64,000 nucleotides of DNA from Okeania sp. SIO2G5 (GTDB lineage: Bacteria > Cyanobacteriota > Cyanobacteriia > Cyanobacteriales > Microcoleaceae): assembly GCF_010672305.1 (NCBI RefSeq), contig NZ_JAAHGX010000014.1, positions 26,698 to 90,697 of the forward strand, in the 5' to 3' direction. Within the stretch, counting starts at the first letter, position 1. Each line of letters starts with the position of its first letter. Shown one piece after another: positions 62,625 through 64,000 of this stretch. The position numbers were made by a program, and so were the translations under genes. The notes under the pieces are model-generated. The model was not told the origin of the DNA. It saw only the letters and a program-made list of their open reading frames with translations, and ran no database searches.

Positions 62625-63242
62625 ATGGAGATTAATATTCCAGATGTCGTGGCAGAGGTAACAGGAGGATTTGAGCAATATGAAGTTGCTTTGATTAGTA
62701 ATAATGTGAATGTTTTAGCCCACATTCCGTACTTCAATATGTAGTATAAAAATCAGGAAGACCGAGTCAGGAAGACCGAGTCAGGAGAAAAAAATAGTGG
62801 TTAATAGGAGTAAATAATTAAGTATTTATACTTAATATTTTCCTGAGAATTTGACTTTGAGAAAGGTCAATGAATAGGATCTATATAGTATAAATACTGA
62901 TCGATCCTCCGATTTTTATACTACTTTTAATGTTACAATTTGACGTGCGGAATGCGAGTTTTAGATGAATTATTTTGGCATATTCCCCAGACTATCCGTT
63001 ATGCAGTAAATGAAAATCTCTATGGATATGAGGCAATATCAGCTTTTAGAAAAGCGCGTGGAAAAGTTAATTTAGAGCGAGTATTAATGAATACTGTTAT
63101 TACAACTTATGGTCAAGATTTTGCCACAGCAAATACTGAATTTCAGCGTCAAAAAACTGGAAAAATGGGTAGGCAAAGTCAAACTTGGATGTGTACTTCT
63201 GTTGGTTGGCGAGTTGTGAGTGCTCATGTTTCTTTCTTATAA
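62625..63242 (+). pseudogene. SnoaL/NTF2-like (DUF4440-type) protein gene disrupted by a 240-bp MITE insertion
   Basis: N-terminal part MEINIPDVVAEVTGGFEQYEVALISNNVNVL (62625-62717). C-terminal part [92 protein letters not shown] (62964-63242). The two parts share a frame and are separated by the insertion; the N-terminal frame stops at TAG inside the insert. Confidence 0.6.
62718..62957. mobile_element. MITE (240 bp) with imperfect roughly 30-bp terminal inverted repeats (GCCCACATTCCGTACTTCAATATGTAGTATAAAA / reverse complement CTCGCATTCCGCACGTCAAATTGTAACATTAAAAGTAGTAT) and a 6-bp target-site duplication GTTTTA (62712-62717 and 62958-62963)
   Basis: Direct reading. Related TIR fragments at 55322-55370 and about 48293-48318. 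Contains an internal (AGGAAGACCGAGTC)x2 direct repeat. Confidence 0.6.
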
Positions 63243-63322
63243 GGAAGGGAGAAGGAAGAAGGAAGGAGGAAGGAGGAAGAAATAAAGGGAAAAAATTAGT
63301 TGAGATCAGTAGCTTTTAGAAG

Positions 63323-63916
63323 ATGAATCAAAATTTACAAGATAAAAAAACTTTTCAACAAAATAATAAATCTCAAAATTATACTGAATTAAGTCAAGTA
63401 AAAAATGATTATTCAGAGTTATGGAAATATGAACAAGATGATGTTGATACTATTAATAAGTTAGCTGAGATTTATTATAATCAGGGAAATTTTACTGAAG
63501 CGATCGCTGTTTGTCAGAAAGTATTAAAAGAACAAGCAAATTTTGCTCCAGTCTACAAAACTTTGGGAAACATCCTACAAGCACAAAATAAAATAGATGC
63601 TGCTATTCGTGCTTATTCATTGGCAATAAAAATCAATCCAAATTTTATTGAAGCTATTGTCAATTTGGCGAGTATGTTTTATAAAAAAGGGCAAATTGAT
63701 GCAGCAATGATTAATTATAGAAAAGCAATTAAAATGAAACCCGATCTAGCAGAAGCTTATTGGAATTTAGGCAAAGTTTTAGAACAAGAGGGCAGATTTT
63801 ACGAAGCATTTTTTTTTCAAGAAAAAGCTTTAGAGCTTCAGCCTAGTTTAGTTGATAATACTGAAAATAATCATCAATATAGTCATTTTCAAAAGTGGAA
63901 TAATATAGAGAGTTAA
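63323..63916 (+). CDS. tetratricopeptide-repeat protein
   Basis: 197 aa. At least four TPR units (…AEIYYNQGNFTEAIAVCQKVLK…YKTLGNILQAQNKIDAAIRAYSLAIKINPNF…NLASMFYKKGQIDAAMINYRKAIKMKPDLAEAYWNLGKVL…). Confidence 0.7.
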   Translation: MNQNLQDKKTFQQNNKSQNYTELSQVKNDYSELWKYEQDDVDTINKLAEIYYNQGNFTEAIAVCQKVLKEQANFAPVYKTLGNILQAQNKIDAAIRAYSLAIKINPNFIEAIVNLASMFYKKGQIDAAMINYRKAIKMKPDLAEAYWNLGKVLEQEGRFYEAFFFQEKALELQPSLVDNTENNHQYSHFQKWNNIES

Positions 63917-64000
63917 ATCAGTTATCAGTTATCAGCAATTAATAATTAAAAATTACTGCTACGGTTAATATAGGGTAAGTAATTTTTTATCTATAGCAAT

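Overview
The window is AT-rich, HIP1-rich (GCGATCGC) DNA, most plausibly chromosome from a filamentous heterocystous cyanobacterium (Nostocales). This is inferred from gene content and from the heavy load of short dispersed heptamer repeats and MITE-like elements.

Gene content, in order:
- a truncated group-2 sigma factor;
- a frameshifted Anbu/proteasome-like Ntn-hydrolase;
- purB;
- a junk zone of gene fragments (VanX-like dipeptidase, subtilase C-terminus);
- a tandem cluster of three CP43'/IsiA/Pcb chlorophyll-binding protein genes, the third fused to a PsaL domain;
- a membrane-anchored CpcG/CpcL-type phycobilisome linker;
- an SLH-domain OprB-type porin;
- remnants of a NitT/TauT-type ABC transporter and a chrA fragment;
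- tldD;
- an AMIN/TrbI-like protein;
- clpS;
- a CPBP protease with an in-frame repeat insertion;
- a CYP110-like cytochrome P450;
- panE;
- DHNA-CoA thioesterase;
- TerB plus a P-loop ATPase;
- a TMEM14-like protein;
- a eukaryote-type major vault protein (MVP) homolog carrying three in-frame nonsense codons, immediately downstream of a Ser/Thr kinase-WD40 gene;
- a DEAD-box helicase;
- rimO;
- an OmpA-like protein;
- a TerB-dynamin (BDLP-like) fusion;
- an ABC exporter;
- tRNA-Tyr and tRNA-Thr;
- cobH;
- a gene split by a single in-frame TAA;
- an ABC ATPase;
- NUDIX proteins;
- a SnoaL-like gene split by a 240-bp MITE flanked by a 6-bp target-site duplication;
- a TPR protein.

The main themes are a PSI-antenna gene neighbourhood, two TerB-domain loci, a possibly decaying bacterial vault-protein locus, tandem-repeat arrays with an sRNA-array-like architecture, and pervasive small-scale gene disruption (a homopolymer frameshift, nonsense codons, MITE insertions and gene fragments) that suggests ongoing genome erosion.
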